Below are positions 40,088 through 52,722 of a stretch of DNA of 64,000 nt, in pieces. The notes under the pieces are model-generated. The model was not told where the DNA came from and made no database searches. It saw only the letters and a list, made by a program, of their open reading frames with translations. The position numbers and the translations under genes are program-made. Each line of letters opens with the position of its first letter. The stretch's first letter is position 1. The DNA is from Raillietiella orientalis (lineage: Eukaryota): NCBI GenBank assembly GCA_036172245.1, contig JAYWIR010000013.1, positions 4,154,001-4,218,000 on the forward strand, given 5' to 3'.

Positions 40088-40398
40088 TGAGGCAGAAAGG
40101 TGAACCACTGACGCATTTTGGAAAGTGCGTGAGAGATGACCTTTAAAAGTAGGGGGTAATGTCTAACCTAGGATGGATCTATGAAGAGCTTGTTGACTGG
40201 GTAGATGGCATTCATCATGATGGTGGAATGATCTATTTCTGGCTATTGTGTGGAACCACAGGACGACAACGAGGAAGAAAATTCAATGAGTCCCATGCGG
40301 AAAACAGGGGCTTACCAGCTCGTAGAGGTTTCGTGACGGAAATGGAGCGAAGGGTCTGAGTTATTCGGTTTTAATTATTTATCAACCGAAAGGGAAGG
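40088..40398 (+). ncRNA. Decayed group II intron ribozyme (3' part of domain I, domains II-III, start of IV), bacterial class D-like
   Basis: Collinear with my recollection of class D introns such as RmInt1: gaaaggtgaacc; ggct..gtggaac..cagga; gagtcccatgcgg..aggggc..gctcgta; gtgacggaaatggagcgaaggg (DIII); tcaaccgaaaggga.gatga. Confidence 0.75.
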
Positions 40399-41340
40399 AT
40401 GAATCAGCAAAACCGAGTCTTTTGGTATGCTGAAGCAAACCCATGTGGGGAGCTTTGTAAGCAGCTATCCAAAGAGCAAGGAGCCACGGGTGTGGGTGCC
40501 ATCACGGTAACAAAGTCTGAAGAAAATCGAAAAGATGACCTTTGCAAGTCATGGAATCGGTACTGGGGGGAGGGAGGGGAGATTAATTTGCCGAACCTGC
40601 GAAAGCTGCTTCCTGCAATACCAAAAGGGAGGAGGGAAGGATTTTTGTGCGCTTCCACAGTGTACAATGGGATGACGCAAGCAGCAGCCACGCCGCATCT
40701 CGAGCCGCTCTTGCAGGACCAAAACTTCCACACAAGCTCGTATGGATGTGGACCGAATACATCTGCGTTGGACGCGGTAAGGGATGCTGGGTCAAAGATC
40801 TTGATATATCTGTACTTTCGGACAATTCGGTCGACGAGTCAGAGCTGCGGATTATCAAGCAGCGTACGGACTGCAACTCGGTCATATGGTACATTAGAAG
40901 GTGGATGAAGGCTCAGCAAGCAGATGGCAGTACGGTGGCTGGAAGTTTTGCACGTTTGAAACAATTGAGCTATGAGCTCAATTATTTCAAACGTGTGTAT
41001 GCATCATGTATTTGATGATGTTGCTTGAAACAAAACCACGCGACAATTCCTGCCGTTCCAGAGAGATGTGGATGGTGTGATGGGGCATCGAAGCGGGCGG
41101 AACTCGATCGAAGAAAGTTTGGCAGGGTATAAGCTAAAATCACATCCTGAAAAGTGTGCCATAAGGACGAAGGTGGAATGGGTCCCGCACAAGCTTTTGA
41201 TTTTAGGGGGTTACACCTTTGGTCCGAGAATGACGCATCCGTGGAAGGCGGATACGATCCAGGAAATCTCACTCAGACGGAAAGAGCAATGTGAGGTTTG
41301 CATCTCGTGCTGACTCGATGATGGTTTCCTCAACCCTTCT
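40399..41340 (+). pseudogene. ltrA: Frameshifted group II intron reverse transcriptase/maturase (class D-like)
   Basis: QGATGVG..EENRKDDLCKSWNR (RT0), IPKG..STV..Q..LEP..FHTSSYGCGPNTSALDAV (RT1-2), WVKDLDI..DN..RTDCNSVIWYIRRWMKA (RT3), SSIISNVCMHHVFD (RT4), PFQRDVDG (dead YADD, 41065-41076), LKSHPEK (RT6), GYTFGPR (RT7). Confidence 0.9.
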
Positions 41341-42339
41341 ACTTTAATGGCGGCGGCGGTGTGCGGCTCGCAAATCGCGCGTCGCAAACCGTCACTGTGG
41401 AAGCCGTGAAGTCAGGCGGAAACCGTTCTTTCGGTTGGTCTTCCCTGGAAGAAAAGCCCATTTTTGGTTCTGTTTCAGCTCCTACACCATGTTCCCTGTT
41501 TCTGAATTTCAACTGAATCCATGCATGAAACGAGTTTCCTGCGCTGCAACCAGGGAGCCCAACGTACAATGGAAATCAGTAAACTGCAACTGCAAACTTT
41601 CTTCTGAAGCAGAAATGTTATCATCAACGAGAGAAATGAACGCAATGGTCAACAGGAAAAAATTGCATCTCGGGTGACGGATTTACTTTAAACACATACA
41701 GTAATCTGAAAAATAAAAGAGGGTGTGAGCAGATGCGAGGAGCTTGGTAGTTTTAGGAGTTGGCTAAGGGAACTGGAACACCTTTTCCGAAAGCTGCTTA
41801 CACTAAATGGTGAGGACAAAACACCACGGCTTGGAGCTGGTCGGAAAATTCGAAGGGAGGCGTCCGAGCTGGGGTTGGGCTGATCTCGAATTCCTGTGAA
41901 TAGGTGTTTGACCTTTCGGAGCCCCTTCTTCGTGTTTCCCTTATCCCCAGGACTTGGAAGATGGTGAAAGTTTGGCTGAATGGGTGAGTGCATCGGGAGG
42001 AGAAATCCCATCAGAGCCCTTCTATCAGGGATCAAAGAACTGATCCGGTGCGTATGCGATCCCGCGAGGATAGAGACTCGGGAAATTTTCAAGGGCTCGA
42101 GAGTTCCATTTAGTACCCACCTGAATGGGCGTCACCAAATAGGATCCATTGGGTGCGTCGATATTTTCTGTTTCTTGGTGAGCGGCTTTTTGACTACTAG
42201 CCAGTAAAGAAAATGAGAATTTGCGTGAGACTTCCACATTCATGATTGTGGAAGGTCAGATTCCATGCTCGGAGGTCAGAACGAAAAGTGGCCGACTACC
42301 AAACCGAGGATGAGGATGGTCTCAGCCTCGGCCAGCTCC

Positions 42340-43700
42340 GAGGTCGATGCAATTCTGTTCTTATGCAAGCTGTACGGGCCGGAAGCCCTGCAACGATTCG
42401 GACTTGATCTCTGTCTCTCCTGAGTGTCTCATTCCAACTCCTACCGTGCAAGCATTCCTCCACAGGATAAACTCCTCTTGGGTTAATTGCTCTCTGGGAT
42501 TTCAAAGGCTTCTGTGGAGAGCTAAGAACTAGGAGATCGAGGCGAAGGTTACTAAGATGACAAATTGAAAAATCGATACACTGAGAAATGCGTGAAGTAG
42601 ATGGAATTATGAAAAATCAACTATAAATGATGCAGATGCAATTCATGCCTGATCTCTCTGGTATATGCTATGCATGCGGGTCATCCACGTATGCATAGGA
42701 CGAATGATGGTAACTGACCGATGACTTTTCCTAGATAGCAATCCATCTGTCCTTGAAAATTTCCTGCAACTGTGCGGCATTTTGTACAGATGCTTTCCGA
42801 ATTGAGGAGATTCCATTACGAAGCCTTCGATGCATGTGGGAATTTCTCAAAACGAAAGCTTGCAGTAAGTCAGGAGACAGTTGAAAAGCATCCCTCCTTT
42901 TGGAAAATGGCTGCCGTAGATGGCTAAGCATGCAGAAAAGGAATTCCAGGGAATTCACTCCCTCTTTCTCCTTAACGTTAAGGACACACAGGATGCTCTA
43001 GTTTGGTTCTGCATGTGGAACGCTGTGCACTTATTTTGCCGGCAGAACAGGGAGAACAACTTCTTTTGCTTTTCAGGGATAAATTCGCTGCTCTGTCCTG
43101 GAATCGCACTTGTTCCTTCGATAAATCATTGCTGTACATAGGGACATTCAGGAGAATGCAGACAAACACTCGTGCAACGAGAATTTGCTGAGCAAATTCG
43201 GGAAGAAATTCGTGTCTGTGAAAAATAAGGGATGGCTTCCTTCACAACAACAAAAAATAAAAAAAAAAAACATGTGATTACGGCTGAGGCACCTCGAGCT
43301 ATCCTAAGTTAAGTATAGCTGTCTTCCATGCAAATTGCCTCTGTCCATGAGCTCCATACTCTTAGAGTATGTTTCTCGTCTGAGAAAATTTCAATCTTCC
43401 ATTGTGAGTGCACGTGCCGCCGGCCTTTATAACGGAAGTGGGAAGAAGAATGGGAAGAAGAATTGAAGAGTACGTCTGCAAAAGGAGACGCAAGGAAGAA
43501 CTTGAAAAAAAGAAATGTCTCTTTATTTCCGCGAGGAACGTCCATCGACTTTTCTCGAAACTTTGGAATGCTCTGCTCCATTCCTTTTTAATTAGCCGCC
43601 TCAACAAATTTCCAAAACTGCAGACAGCACACGCTCCAGTGAGACTCGGTCCAGCCGCTGAACCACCCATGGATACCAACGTTCTAATCTGTAGTTAACC
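42340..43700 (+). pseudogene. Decayed LRR gene with LRRNT-like cap
   Basis: SCTGRKPCNDSDLISVS..; KEFQGIHSLFLLNVKD; ALSWNRT; LFSKLWNALL..LNKFPKL. Confidence 0.45.
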
Positions 43701-43909
43701 TGTGGGTGCGCAGGAATCATTCATTTGGGAAATTTCACATTCCTGATCTACAAATGTATTTGTTCCATTACTCTCGTTCTCATTCTTATGGATATTAATC
43801 ATTTTCTTGGCGCAGAGAATGTCATTTCATCAGTACTAAATACATCGTTTCAATGATTTTTCTTTTGGTTTGATTTTGATACATGCAATAAAATTTCATT
43901 TAAGGGACT

Positions 43910-44340
43910 GTTCACGATTCCCGCCATCTTGTTTTGCTACCGGAGGCTCGCTGGCATGCGTTCATCCTGACCTCTGAGCCACGATGTGTCCCTCAGTTCG
44001 TGCCCTATCCACGCGCTGGCTCACACATCATCATCCTCTCCGTGCTCCCTGCCCGTGTGAGAGGTTCCATAATTCCGGGGTACCTCCAATTTACCCCCAG
44101 GTTCCACTCTCCCATGGATCCCATCACTAAAGCTCCTACCGAAGCCGTTCCTTCCGTCATCGGCGAAGAGGGATGACAGGTTCTTGCGTTTGCTCCATCT
44201 CCTTCCACTCTTCTTCCGATGCTGTGGTCAAGTCCTCGCATGAGTAGGCAACATCGAATGCGGCGAAGCGACCCTGGAGAGCCAACTCTGGATAGTTCCA
44301 GGTCGTCTCTCGGGATCGGTTGGTTTAAGGTTATTTTCTT
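43910..44340 (-). mobile_element. RT 5-7/thumb fragment of an R4/Dong-like non-LTR element
   Basis: Minus strand PRDDLEL (LYMDDLKL), DHSIG (FSxDIG), WRYPGIME (YKYLGIxE), QNKMAGIVN (ANKxxAIN). Confidence 0.5.
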
Positions 44341-44739
44341 TGCGTTGCTTCCTCGATGACGTAATAGAAATTCTGGGTGAGCAATGGGAGACGCTGTTGT
44401 TTGGCTTCGAATGGGAAAAATAGCAGCTCCGTGCTATCATTGGGACCTATCTCAGTGACCTTACATTAGGTACTTTCCTTGTCTCGCTCGAAGTCACATA
44501 AGAAGCTCTACACTCTGGAGAACTCACCCTTGTTTGGGAACAAAAGGCTTGAATGTCCCTGAAAATTATATGCGTGGCAGGAGCCGCCCTTCCCAGATGA
44601 AGGGGTCCAGATTCGAAAACGATTCAAGCAAGGAATGGGCAAAGGTCATTTAGCCTGCACGGATCGGAAAAGCTTATCTACTTGCGCACGCTTGGAACCG
44701 GTCCACTCGTGGCTCTTCTGAGTTTTCCATAGCTCTTCG

Positions 44740-46300
44740 ATCAGTGAGTGCTCTTCAAGAGAGGCGCAATCTGTCCTGCAGGAGCTGCGTCTCGGCCTCA
44801 ACTAGAAAATGGAGAATCTCGAAGATTGTCCTCAGGCGGTCGTGTCTGCTTTGCAGAACACCGTCACAGTGGGTGTGGACGTGCAGTTTCAAGCAATGTC
44901 GACTTTGCCACCGACTCTTCCCGCGGAGCATGGCATCATGATGAAGAATATGAAGGGTTAGGGGGAAAAAATGAAAAAAGGCAGATCTCTGTCTCAGCAG
45001 AACGTGTGGGCGGAGAGACGTTTACAGACAGTCTTCAGACGTCCCTCTGCAAGCACTCCCGAGGAAAACGCATATCTCCTGTTGTTACAGACTTGGATGT
45101 GGGGCAACGCGTATTCAAAACGTATGCTGGATGCTTGCAACTCAGAAACCTTTCAAGATTTGGCCACTGCTACCTGAGAAAAACATCGCGGGGCAGCGAT
45201 ACCGAGCAACGCCGCTTCGCCGATCTCTTCAGGATTTTGGTACAGCGCAATGCATGCAGCTTCTATAAGAACGACGGTAATTTCCGTACGCTTTGATAGG
45301 GAAAACCCCACAGACCCGCTGGAATATCGAATCGCGCGATCTTCGACCAGAGAGAGGAGGAAATGCTGCGCGTTTCCTCTGGGAAAGCCGAGAAGTAGCT
45401 GGGGATGGGAAAAGGCGGGATCTACGATGGGAGAACGGAGGAGAGGAACATTGGGAGGATAGCATTACTGTCGCGCCATCTTGCAAAGGATGGCGGTGGC
45501 ATCGATACCACCACTTCACAACGCGCATCCGTGCTCGTGCATCCCAGTCTCCTTCGGAAACACTGCTGGCATTCGAGCGAATTTGCGAGGATGCTGGAAA
45601 GATTTTTTCCCGAAAGGCAGAAACCTACGGGTAGAAAGGAACATCTTAAACGGCTCGCTCGGCTTCCGATTTCTTATTCATCCTTCCCTAGGAAAATTGG
45701 GAAGTCAAATTTTCGGGGCGGATAGAGAGGTTGGTTGAGGGTAATCGGGGATATAAAGTTCGTGTACGATAGCACACCCTTGAAACACGTTTGAAATGGA
45801 AACTCGCGAAGGCGTTACGACCATCCGTTTCAAAAAGCCCTCTTCTGCTGAAGGCTAAACATGAAATTCTTAGGCATTTGAACTCTTTGGCACCAATCCA
45901 AAAGGATGCTCCTGGTGAACTGCAACTTGTAGAATGATCCCTTCCTCGATTCAGTAGTAAACAACGGATTTTCAATGATTCGGGAACGATCGGGTTCGGG
46001 AGGATGGTACGCACCATGGAAACGCGGCTGCATATCAAAGGACGACGTCTTCCGGAAAGGCAGCCACGACACGGAAGGCAAGTTGCGTGCTTTCCTGTTT
46101 CCTCAGGGAGAATATCCTCAGTGCACAGAAGACACTACAAGAGCATCCTGTTCACATAATCTCTTGGGCTTCCGTGCTGGATTTGGTTGGCATGCTTAAG
46201 TCGGGAAACTGGAGTGGTACACGGAGTTTGCAGAGGAAACTCCGGAAGCGCACTTGGCACCAGTCGGAGGCCGTTCCAAAGCACTGCTGCACTTTTGCTA
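44740..46300 (+). pseudogene. Possible decayed BTB-BACK-kelch gene
   Basis: SKIVLRRSC (HKxVL), LSQQNVW (ITxxNV), ENAYLLL..ETFQDL (BACK-like), ISVRF, and weak kelch-like GKLRA / GSQIFGA remnants. Confidence 0.3.
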
Positions 46301-46799
46301 CTTAGAAAAGACGCAACATGGCTGATGAACCGGAAAGGACTGCATGACCGATGGAAAGATCCACTTTTACTGTGCCGATCATTTTGCTTATTTCTGGCTC
46401 GATACGTTCCAGCTTCTTCAGGGTCATCCATTTAAGGATTGGTCAGAATGAAATGTCCCAATCTGGAGTCAGAGTATCTTAAAAAAGAAGCCGAAAATCC
46501 GTTTTTGGATTGTGAAGCCCTACAACAGGAAACGAACACTCACACGCCTTCTTCCTCATCACTCACAGGTTCCAAAGAGCCTTTGACAGAGAAATCATCC
46601 CGGTGATTCCGGAAACCGGATGCTCCAGATGAGTGACCGGGATTGGAAGTTGACTCTCCGGGATCCCTCCAGGATCCGATTACCTTCGGGGTTCTTTCCC
46701 AGTTGTGGAACAGACAGCTGCCCTTCCTCCCCCCTCTAGGGGAGGAGGTTTTGCAGACCCAGTCAGTCTTGCAGAGTACCTATTCATCCGTGCATTTCA

Positions 46800-47830
46800 G
46801 ATCTCCAAATTCTCCGAGCACCATCTAGGAAGCGGGAAGAAGGTCGATCTTGCCAACGGTGCCTGAAATGAGATCGAAAGTTGGCAGATGGCACTTTCAA
46901 CTGTACATCAAGTGCGAAGCACGAATCATAAAAGAATTTGCCTGCAACCAAGGAATTTCGAAGTGAACCCTCGTTGTGCCAGCGGATCGCGATCCCCCCA
47001 AAACAAAATAAAAATGGAACCACGTCATAATAAACGACGATGCCGCCCATTCGAGAACACATCGGTAGCGTCCTAGAAGAGAAAAGCTTGGAAAAAGCTT
47101 TCACTCTCAGAAACCAAGAGTCAGTTTGCGTGATCACCTTCAGACCATTGGAATCCCAGGAAGGTCGATTTCCTGCAAGAGTTGGAAACTCTTAGACCTT
47201 ATGGGACCTGGTAGAATGAAGTTGTCCTTCTTCCAGCATGGCCGAGACATCTGCTTAGTGCACCAGCTGGAACATTCTTCGTGCTAAAGCACAAAAGCAC
47301 TCAAGCAGAGGAAATGCTAGAAGACGACACGTCCCTTGACCTGCAAAGTCTTCGGAGTTCGTCCAAGCAGGCGCAGCGTAGTGACCGAATTCGACTGCCA
47401 GTGCTGAACTCGACACTGCGAGTATGAACCGAGGCTGTGGACCCGGCCAACACCCTTCCCCCATCAGCATTTATCTTGTTTCATCCTTTCGTGGACAGTG
47501 ACACAGCCCATGAGCTGAATGACGATGCTTGCTGGAGGCAAGCATGGTCTCTTGGAACTCGTGGCGGGAGTTCCAAGATGCCGTTTGTCTTGATTTCCCA
47601 GTTGTCAGCACGGCATCTTCAGGTTTTGGTGACGTCATCCGAATAGCTCAGAAATCTCTTCAAATTTCCTGTCACGTGCATCACACACAGCTGACTTCAT
47701 ACTCAAAGCACCTTTGTCCGCATGCCTCACGGGAGCTTTCACGTAAGACCTCAGTTCGCATCGCGGCTGTGAACTCCCCCAAGCATCGTTTCCACTCACA
47801 ACGAAGTGTACTCCACCCTTGAATAGCTCT
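46800..47830 (-). pseudogene. Decayed integrin alpha N-terminal beta-propeller (FG-GAP repeats)
   Basis: Ordered remnants: SYVKAP (LVGAP), YAAPAWTN..QGTC (ACAPxW..GxC), NFILPGP (LLGAPG), GSLRNSLVAGKF..DVQLKVP (YLGYSVxxGxF..DxxxGAP). Confidence 0.5.
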
Positions 47831-48399
47831 TCTAATACCTACCCATCGTCAGGAAAGAGGAAACTGGAAAGGTCGAGGAAGCAGCGGAAGTAGTTAGAAA
47901 TCCTTCGTTTGCGTTCTTCAAGTATTTGCAGCCTTGCGAAAAAAGGATCGGATCAAAGGATGCTGTTTACGTGGTCAAATAGTACAATGGCAGATCACCT
48001 ACGCATGCTAAAAGGTGCCTTGAGACCGGTACAGTCGTCCGAAAAAGGTGAGGGTTAAGAGAACGACCAAAAAACCAAACTGATGAAATAACGACGTAAT
48101 CACAGCTGCAGCCATCACGAAGTACCAGCATCCACTGATGACTTCATCATCCCTTAGGAATGACTCCAATATAAAAAGAGAAATGCCTTCTTCTCTGAAC
48201 TGAGGAGAGCTGGAAAAACTGCCGTTTCGATGTTCCGCTGAATCCTCCCTCATGTGTCGGGAGGCTCTTCCTCGCTCCTCAAGATGAACTTACTAGCAGG
48301 AGTCCAAGGAATGAGTCAGCAGACTTTATGAAGGAGTCCCCGGGAGCCTGGCTAGGTTTGTCTAATTTTTTTTCCTCGTTTCTCCTTCTTAAATTAACG

Positions 48400-49900
48400 C
48401 ACTTCAGCTCAGCAATTTCAAGCTCAGTCCATCAAACACCAAACGTGCTTGGGCAGCACCCAGGCAGCCGGCTAACTGCCCCATTTTGGTACAGCATTTC
48501 TTCTGCTTAGTCGACGCTAGACCTGGGTTTGTCTCGATGCTCACGTTTGAGAACATCCCATCCGTGCACCTTTTCTTCCTCTCAGGAAGCCAACGATGCA
48601 TCTCTGCGTGTTGTTGGCTCCCTAAGATCGCTTTGTCCGCCTCTTTCAGTACGTCGGAAAGTACCTGCGCCTCGGGTAGCACGCCTGAACATTCTTATGC
48701 ATGCGTAGTCCCACCTAGACAATCATCTGGACGCAGCATCACGAGGAAATCTTCATTCCTCTGCAGCAGATCCGATGGAACCTGCATCCTCCTTCCGCCT
48801 CTCATGCCAAACGGAAACACGTGCTGCTCAGAATGTAGGGTTTGAGGACACATCCTTTTATCCCCGGGGGGGCACAATACTGCATCCGAAGTAGCCATTT
48901 TCGCCTGCGGACAAAGAGGATAAATGCCTGCCGTCCCTCTTACGGTTCTGTATCTCTTCTAAACGAGTACCCTTCCCTGCAGGTTCTTGCAGCTTCGCTC
49001 TCTTACTCTTATCGGTCGGCTTGGAAGTATCGACAGCTCGCACAGCTTTCTTCATCTCACTGACCTCCAAGACACTGAAAGGCTTTGCAAGAACGCAGTT
49101 ATTGAGGTCGGAGCATTTTTCTCCGTGCAGCAAACTGATCCGCTCCGAATCCTCCGAATGGCCCCGTCGAATGGGACAGCGTAGAAATGCTGCGGCACCG
49201 ACGCACGAAATAGGGTTCCGTTGAAAGGCGGCACTCCTATGCCCATACGCCCCATTCGCCAGCAAGCGGTACAGCGGCTGGAACGAAAACATTCACTGTT
49301 CGAGAGGAGAGTTATTTCTGGATGATCGAGCGCCAGCGGAGAACCAAATCCACGACAGGAGAAAGAATGGGATGGAAAAAAAGACTCACACGTAACACAA
49401 GAACTGGAAGCAAAGACCCAAACCGGCAGAATGACAAAGATGGCTGAATGCTAGAATGGTGGTCATCTTTAGTATGCCAGTGGGATACTTCCACTTACCA
49501 TTGGAGGAGATTTCCGGTTGTGCAACAGCTTTCGAAGATGCGACCCCAGGCGTGACTTTGTCTCCAGCATGAGCAGCAGCTCCATTCCGAAGCCATCACA
49601 GAAGACGTTAGAATCGAAGTCATTATGCTGCAAATTGCACTCCTCCTTCCTTCACTAAAATCTATCAGTGATGTGGCCATCCCTTTTTCATCTGCTTCCA
49701 AATGGTGGAATACACTGCTCGGGCAAAGATGAAGAGCATGAACTGCAGAAGTACCAACTCTACACCCCCTGACACCTTGCATAAGGTCATTCCCTCTTTT
49801 TGTCTCATAAGACCCTTTCTACTCGACGCTCCGGGAAGAAAGGTGAAAATGCGCTCAGGAATCTTCCTGACTCTCGGAAGAATGGTTGTCATGGTTTGAG
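48400..49900 (-). pseudogene. Decayed atlastin-like GTPase gene with intron-like gaps
   Basis: Ordered remnants: FLPGASSRKG (VAGAFRKGKS), VSGGVE (WRGGSE), TSLIDFSEG (LLMDTQG), FQPLYRLL (FQxLxFLVRDW), CSDLNNCVLAKP (CFxxIxCFLMPHP), LPEAQVLSDVLKEADK (LPEPKSMLxATAEANN). Confidence 0.6.
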
Positions 49901-50566
49901 GATGCGCGGCAGAGGAAGGAGCGAGAAACATCGCAAACAGGCTCTTCATTTCTTCTCCAGAGGAGTACAGGCATCAAGAGTGGCAGGTTTTTCGGCTCTC
50001 GGAACTTCCATCGGCCGCTTCTGCGGCCATTCTTTTACCTCAGGGCTGCTGGGGATGTCGTGCTGCGTCCGCCCAGCAGTTGCGAATCGCTCCACGGTTG
50101 AAGCAACGGCAGCAGCGGAGGACGGCCGTTCGCATCGTTCCATCCACGCTGCGGAGGGTAGCAAGATGGCCGGACATCGAGGCGGAGGAGGCTCGGACTT
50201 CGGGAAGGCTATAAGGAGGACACGCGGCGCGGAAACCCATTGAGCCTCGCTTCCTCCTTACCCTCCCTTCATCTCCCGGAGACGATAAGCGTTTTCTCCG
50301 TGTTTCCCCATACCGTCTATATGTCTATCTATTTTTATACGCCTCCATCGCCCCTTGACCCCACCATACTCAGAGAGCTTTCCTTTAGGTTACCGACCTG
50401 AGTTACCGGGGCTCGTACCCCCGGACACGTGAATGCATGCTGCTTTGAATAAGCGTCCCGGTGTGACTGGGTTTCACACAACGGCATGCGACTCAAGAGA
50501 GGAAGAAACCAGGAAAACAAACTCATTTCCCCACAACGGTATACACAATGTAGTTAATTACCCAGT

Positions 50567-52066
50567 CATGCCGAGGCATTGATTGTAAAAAAAAAAAAAA
50601 AAATTCACCCCATAAAACAGTCACATAAAATATAAAAATGCCTTCCTTCGTAGTGGTTTCAACATCACCACCACGAAGGGAAATGCCTCGGAGGCGCTGC
50701 TTCTCGTGAGCAGCTTCCCGATGAGGTCTTGGCACAGGGGGAGTGGGGAAGGGGTAACAAAAACAAAAAAACACACACACACACACACGAAAGTTCAGTT
50801 TGACAAGTGGTGGGAAAGGAGCACATATTTCTTCCTGGTGTCCTCAGCAGCCTCTGGAGGATATTGGCAGACGAACTTCCTCCTTTCGTTGGCGGTGCCA
50901 TCTTGTCGCCTCCCTCCTTGTGAAGGACTGCGGCGACCTCACCGTTCGACTGACCTCTCTCGGTGCGGCTACTCGACGCCGCCATCCGCGAAGGCAGCAC
51001 CGAGCTGCGAGGGAAGCTGCTGGCGACATCGCGTAGCGAGCGAAGATCTCTCTGCCGTTGCCCATGGGGAGCGGAAGGGCCCCGCAGAGAGGCGTTCCCG
51101 GGCACTCAGGAGGGCAACACGATCCAACAACAGGTGTGGGAAGGTTTCCCGTTCCAGGAGCCTGGCACAGGCCGGACCAGCAACACGCCTCTTCCAGTGG
51201 CGGACTCGTGCGTTGCATGGGGTCACCCAGTGCAACGTGGTTTCCTTTCGGGCAGAGTTCTTCACCTGGTCACTCCGGGGGGACGTTCATTGAAAAAAAT
51301 AAAGGAAGAGGAAACGCCGCTCCCCAAACAAAAAAAATGGAATTTCAAGGAGAGGGTTCGCCGGCACGCAGGTTGGCTACTGGAACAGTCCAAAGAGCAA
51401 AAGGAGGAGACAATAAATAAACAAATGAAGGGTAAGGACTAGGATTCTTTGGCACCGGGCGCTCCTTCTGGCCAGTACCGGTACAGAATGCCGGGGATCT
51501 CCTGCACGACTTCTCTTCTCCTTGGTTTGACCACCTCTCGGCCGTCCTCATGCAGGCGGCTGCCGCGAGGGCGTCCTCCCTTCGCCACGGTACGCCGTGT
51601 GCGCGCCAAACGCCCGCACACGGAGTACCGTGGAGATGGCGCGGAAGCAGCACTTCGCTGCAATCAAGGGACCTGCCGAGAATCCGGCGCACAAGAAGAA
51701 TCATCTCATCAAGCCTTTGGCAGTGTCCTCTTCGTGCAGGAGCTCCGTGCTATTGTGTGCCGCTGTTCGTGGACGGCGCCACAGTCCAGCAACAGGTGAG
51801 GGAGCGATCCGATCGTCCCGCACCTTGAGTAGTTTCGGGATGCAACTCCCTAGTAGCCAAGGGGCCAACTCTGACTGCATGGGTAACCCCCCAGTGTGGA
51901 AGCAGAAGAACGCCGTGTTTCCACCTCAAGAGGGACACCGAAGTGTCCAAACACAAAAGAGGGACCGCGAGTTCTTCAAGTGGCACACTCGAAAGTTCCC
52001 TCCACCGAAGATTTAAGTTCACCCAGAGTGTCGGCATCCACCAGCTTGCTCGTCTTCCAGCCACCC
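50567..52066 (-). repeat. Inverted duplicate of 18845-21529 lacking the L1-like insert (LINE A and LINE B 3' ends)
   Basis: ORF translations are identical between copies (e.g. 20658-21137 vs 50963-51442, 159 aa; 20882-21256 vs 50844-51218). The outer part is visibly more diverged. Confidence 0.95.
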
Positions 52067-52245
52067 AGGAGTTCGGTCTTTCCTGCAATGGTGCGGAAGA
52101 ACTCCCTCCCCGTCGGTTGGCGACTGCCGTTGCTCGCTGATAGGGCATACGGGGGAAGGGGCTGCAGAAAGGAGTGCATCAGCGGGAAGGAGCCATTTCT
52201 TCCTGCCTTGCAGTGCATGCTCCATTGGATGTCTTAGGGGACGTC

Positions 52246-52722
52246 GCAGCACTGCAGTTTTCAAGTCTCCACTTGAATCATTGAGCCACTTCTTGCGGCG
52301 GAGGAAGGAAGGCGTGGTAGCCACCGGGCACGAGGTCAGGACTGGTGATCTTCCCATTCGAATGCCTGAACTGCCTGGAATGTGCGGACGGCATGTGTTG
52401 CTAAGGCGCGCGTTGCCGTGAAGGAGAGGAACCGTTCCTCCTGACCTCAGCCCTCCACGTCTTCGGTCCTGAATGGCACGCCGCAGCTTCGAGAGTGTTT
52501 CTACGCAGTGGACTGGCCAAGTGGTGGTCGTTCCGGGCTCCATAAAGTCCACCGAAAGCACGCACGCTGCCGTCCGCACACTCCACACAATTCAGGCATT
52601 CGAATGGGAACTTTTTGAAGTTCTCGCGCCCGGTGGCTACCACGCCTTCCTCCCTGCACCTCATGAAGTGGCCTCTTCTATCTCGAGGGGGAAAGTGGGG
52701 AGTCGGAAAGTGCAGTGCTGCT
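52246..52722. repeat. Diverged inverted repeat (about 155-bp arms) within an RNase-H-like LINE region
   Basis: gcagcactgca..gccacttc..ggaaggcgtggtagccaccgggc..ttcccattcgaatgcctgaa..tgtgcggacggca (52246-52395) recurs as its reverse complement at 52558-52722. Confidence 0.85.

Noticed and set aside
20391..51709. Giant DNA transposon (Maverick/Polinton-like) with long TIRs
   Set aside because: The arms are LINE 3' ends, and no integrase, polB, capsid or TSD is visible.
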